Of a stretch of DNA of 64,000 nt, positions 59,661 to 64,000 are shown in pieces. Origin of the DNA: the human T2T-CHM13v2.0 reference genome, Homo sapiens. The notes below the pieces were generated by a model. It was not told where the DNA came from and did not search any database. It saw nothing but the letters and a program-made list of their open reading frames with translations. The stretch lies in assembly GCF_009914755.1 (NCBI RefSeq), contig NC_060935.1; one strand, given 5' to 3'. Made by a program: the position numbers and the translations under genes. How positions within the stretch are numbered: the first letter of the stretch is position 1; each line of letters begins with the position of its first letter.

Positions 59661-61207
59661 ACTTTTTCAGGAAAAGAGGAAAGAATTAAGGAAAAAAAGA
59701 AGATAGCAAGGTACAGAAGGAAGGAGGGATAGGGGAAGAAGATAGTATGTTTATTTTAAAAACATTAGCCTAGTCAGTTGCTTTAAACACTCATGTAAAC
59801 ATTTAAGTCATATTGACCAAAGAGCTCTGAAGCTAAAAATAACTACAATACTCTCTCAAGTACACTGAGTGTTTATTCCATCCATTTTCCAAAGAGGTCC
59901 TGAAGTAGTCTCTTTGAATATTTATTCTACATCTCCAATAACACATTAAGATCTGTAAAAAAATCTTCTTTGTATCCGTACAACCTAACAGAGATACATC
60001 AAATACATGAAGAAGAAGAAAAGGAGTACACAGTATTGTTAAGTAGAAAGAACACTCAAACAATATTATATAAAGTTATTTATTGTGTCATTGAACAAGA
60101 AAATGTGAAACCACAAAACCACTGGAAGGGCAGGGATGTGGTCACATTCTGACACTATCCATAAGCAAGGATTCAACTGTTGCTGCATATTTTACCTCCA
60201 TTTTCATATTTCCAGCTCTCTTCATTTTGGCATTAAATTTTTCTTACTAAAGACAGGTTCTTTTTCACATCTCAGAAAACCTATATTCCTGAATTATTTT
60301 TTCCATCCAAGAACCCAAACCACAAAGAAGAGAACTCTTAAACTCATTTTCTAATTTGAAAAATTAAAAGGCTAATTGCTCCAGCTAGATTCAGGTAATT
60401 ATTTCTGACCACTGTGGCCTAGGTTTTACAAACAGATTGGCCTCTAAATTAATAAGATAAACAAAGAAAACAGAAGTTCCCAGAAGAATACATAGGGGTG
60501 GATGCAGGTAAGATATCCCTCAGATGTCTACTCAAGGGCTTTTCATTTCCTGCTACAGAAATTAAATTAGATAACTAAGAGTATTATTCTTCATATAAAA
60601 CTATCTTGAAATAGCTCCATTCAGAAGCTGTGCTCATTCTCATTCTAACTCATTAACTTATGCTTTCAAATTGATTGAATACCCATTAAACCATATTTTC
60701 CAATATATTTCAAATTATTCTCTCCTGTTTCATTGCTCTGTAACCATTGAACCAATATTGTTGTTAAACTAAGATTTAGAATTCATAAGAATTTCTTCAC
60801 AAAGATGTTTATGCTTAGTCTTCCTTAGAAAATATTTTTTGCTTTAATTATGACTCTGAAATTAAGTAATCGAGAGCTTTCAAAGATTAATCAGTGCTTT
60901 CTATCTAATTATCTTCAATTTAAAACGATCCAGAAGCTCTGTGGTCTTCATGAAGTCCAGAAACTTACAATAACATCCAAAAGCTTCAACAATCTCTAGT
61001 ATTAACTTCAAATCTTAAAAAACAACTAAGACCTAGCCTCTATTTCCTTAAAATAAATTCCTTTTTTTCTACTTCCACTTCATCAATTTTGTTTTGGTAA
61101 CTTGAATCCAGAGAAGGTAATTTAACTTAAATAAATAGTTCCCATTATACCTGGGCTGACTTTGTAGATTCAAGACTTATAAATATTCTTCTAAGACAAC
61201 TTGAATT

Positions 61208-61927
61208 GGTAACCACCCAATGGGTTCACCTTGCTTGCTGCCTAGACAGAGCTGATTTATCAAGACAGGGAATTGCAATGGAGAAAGAGTAATTCATGCA
61301 GAGCTGGCTATGTGGGAGGCCGGAGTTTTATTATGATTCAAATCAGCCTCTCCTAGCATACAGGGATCTGAGTTTTTAAAGATAGTTTGGCAGGTAGGTG
61401 TTGGGAAGTGTGGAGAGCTCAGGTTGGAGATGGAATCACAGGGGCAGTGGAAGTGAGATTTTCTTGCTATCTTCTCTTCCTGGGTGGTATTGCAGAACTG
61501 GTTGAGTCAGATTACCAGAGTGATGTCAGGTGATCCATCAGAGTGCAGGGTCTGCAAAATATCTCAAGCACTGATCTTAGGTTTTACAATAGTGATGTTA
61601 TCCCCAGGAACAATTTGAGGAGGTTCGGACTTGCAGCCAGAGGCTGCAGGAGCCCTAAACAGTAATTTCGAATGTTGTAGCTAATGTGTTAGTCCTACAA
61701 AGGCAGACTGGTCCCAAAGCGAGAAGGGGGTCTTTTCAGGAAAGGGCTATTATCAATTTTGTTTCAGAGTCAAACCATAAACTAAATTCATTCCCTAGGT
61801 TAGTCCGGCCTATGCCCAGGAATGAACAAGGACAGCTTAAAGGTTAGAAACAAGATGGAGTTTGTTAGGTCCGATCTCTTTCACTGTCATAATTTTCTTA
61901 GTTACAATTTTTGCAATGGCAGTTTCA
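61208..61927 (-). mobile_element. LTR8A-type ERV1 solo LTR
   Basis: The right end reverse-complements to TGAAACTGCCATTGCAAAAATTGTAACTAAGAAAATTATGACAGTGAAAGAGATC; left end gtaaccacccaatgggttcaccttgc. Confidence 0.9.
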
Positions 61928-62070
61928 GCTTGTGTTTAAAATTCTGCCTTCTGGGTATTATTCTGAACTCTTATCTGGTATTTTAAGACCTGATTTATGA
62001 TCCAGAATAAAGACTTATGTCTAATTCTCATTATTGCAGCCTCCCGTTGACCCTGCCTTGTCCCTTGCAG

Positions 62071-62182
62071 CTCTCAGTGATTCTCTCTCAGAACAATCAT
62101 TTAAACCTAAAAGACCCCAGGACAGAAAGGGATATCTCATTTCCAAATGAGGGGCAAAAAATAAAGCTCTATGTAAACGTAG
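62071..62182 (+). other. Candidate spliced exon (112 nt), unverified
   Basis: TTGAC branch motif, pyrimidine tract ccctgccttgtcccttgCAG, donor TAG|GTGAGT. Confidence 0.3.
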
Positions 62183-63404
62183 GTGAGTTTTCATAACACT
62201 AAAATGCTATGAGAACTAGGATAATTTTTAGGAAAAAAATTAAAAGGAAAAAATGATAAATAAGAAAATTTTCGAAAAAAAGATGTAAGAATAAGCATTT
62301 TCATGAAAATATTATCTATACTTGACTTTCATGATTTTCTTTTTTAAAATGTATTTATTGAAAATTGAGTCTCTCCTATTGAGTAAAAAATTAAGGAGAA
62401 AAAACCGATTAATTTGTTGGTGAATATACATATTAAATGGGAGCGAGTAATATTTATTTGATAATTTGCAATTTTCTAATGTCTGGTGACATGTTCTCAA
62501 AGAAGAATACAATTATCTCTGATTATATTGAAATGCTAATAAAACACAAACTTAGTAAGTTAGATGCCATTAGAAAGCAATCATCCTTATTTGTTTTAAA
62601 AGCTGTTTACATATTTACATGATATTTCCCTTCCATTTTACAAGGGAAATTAAATGATTTCATAAAACAGATGAATCAACTTTGATACATTATAACAATT
62701 TCTTATTTTAAAATATGATATCAAAAATATGGTATCAAGTGTCCAAGGCTCTCAGCCAAGTTTGGAAGTCCTCAATATGGGTAGGCGCTGTTATAAAAGT
62801 ATTATGGAAATAATGCTAAGTGACTCATGATTTACTTGGAGTTTTCTAGCCAAATTGATCCCATGACATTTACCTTAAATGTTTTTCTTTCCCCTTCCAA
62901 ATATAAGTGGTTATTAAGGCAATTATTAGCAGAATAACTATTTATTGAACATTTTATAGAAAACACTGTGCTGGTCAATTTGAAAAGGGAAGAAGTCTGA
63001 AGTGAATTAATTCATCTAAATACACGTTGATAACAATATTACAGAGAATGAAATGAGAGGGTTTTAAAGAATCTGCAGACACATTGCTTTAAGAAATAAG
63101 AGGAAGAATAACACAACTGAAGAAGACAAAAGTGAAAAAAAAGCAAGTTTAGTGTTGGTCTTTGAAATACAAATGAGATTTCTGGGCAAGAATATGTTAA
63201 GATAGGAATTTCTGGCAGGACTGATGTTTCAAATGCGAGAAAATACAAACAGAGCAAGGATAACAATAAGTAAATCCTTTTGACTAGAGTGTAAGATGAT
63301 TGAATAAAATGCAAGAAGGAAAATAAAACGCAGATAAACAGGGGTTCTTTTATCCTAAAAACACTCTTCAATTTGTAGCTATAACACTAAAAGAATGTTT
63401 TAGA

Positions 63405-63630
63405 CTAATAGTTGATAAAGTATGGCCTGGCCAAATCTGGCTCACTACCTGTTTTTTGTTTGTTAGTTTTATTTTGTTTTGTTTGGAGCACAACTATTTA
63501 CTTACATATTGCACATAGCTGGTCTGGAACTACAATGGCAGACTTGAGTAGTTGCAATAAAGACAATATGTCCTGCAAAGCATGAAATATTTACTATCTG
63601 GCCCTTTAGAGAAAATGGCTGTTGAACAGT
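63405..63630 (+). mobile_element. MER58A hAT-Charlie MITE
   Basis: tatggcctggccaaatctggc...ctacaatggcagacttgagtagttgca...aaatatttactatctggccctttagagaaaa. Confidence 0.85.
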
Positions 63631-64000
63631 GTCCTAGATTTCTGTGCAATTGTAAATGATGGACTTGGTAGTAGATGTCAGAATAGCTATGTGGTGTGCT
63701 GAAGTTACAGCATAAGATTAAAAGCCAATCCATGAAAATTATTATGCAATACACTATGATAGCATTATACATCCCTTAGCAAGTTTGTCATTTTTTTCAG
63801 CACCAAACACAAAGAATGGCTTTAAAGAAGAATCACACAATTGTATTCTCATGCATTCTCAACCACGTTTGAGTCCTAAAAGATGCCTTCTAAAAAAGAG
63901 AATGCTGACTCTTTTACTGTCCAGATTTTAGAGGTCATAGAAATACTATTATTTCCAAATAGCTATATCATGACTTTTACATTAATTTAAAGATAATAAA

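Noticed and set aside
59833-60330. MEF2-like CTAAAAATAA and a few RUNX-like ACCACA sites
   Set aside because: Short motifs at background frequency in AT-rich DNA

Overview
AT-rich, CpG-poor primate genomic DNA, almost certainly human (it carries an AluYa5 with all five diagnostic bases). It reads as intronic or intergenic: no CpG island, no recognisable protein-coding exon and no RNA gene. Most ORFs in the track are Alu, L1, LTR or low-complexity read-throughs. The window is a mosaic of repeats: a decayed full-length ~6.6 kb L1PA (33.3-40.2 kb), 13 Alus or Alu fragments, solo LTRs (LTR27/28/MER52 group, LTR16A, MSTA, MST-type, MLT1 x2, LTR12, LTR8A), MER5/MER58 DNA transposons and many L1M/L2/MIR fragments. 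The best sequence-supported oddities are: (1) a twin-primed, 5'-inverted L1PA insertion carrying ~400 bp of 3'-transduced DNA inside a perfect 17-bp TSD, apparently built from two successive transductions (19528-20268); (2) an 18-bp templated insertion in an Alu copied from 1.36 kb upstream; (3) a same-orientation octamer (POU) plus ETS motif cluster at 23.2-24.3 kb that may be an enhancer or promoter; (4) a 73-bp tandem duplication whose central core was swapped. Repeat subfamily calls come from recalled consensus sequences by eye, and boundaries of old elements are approximate.
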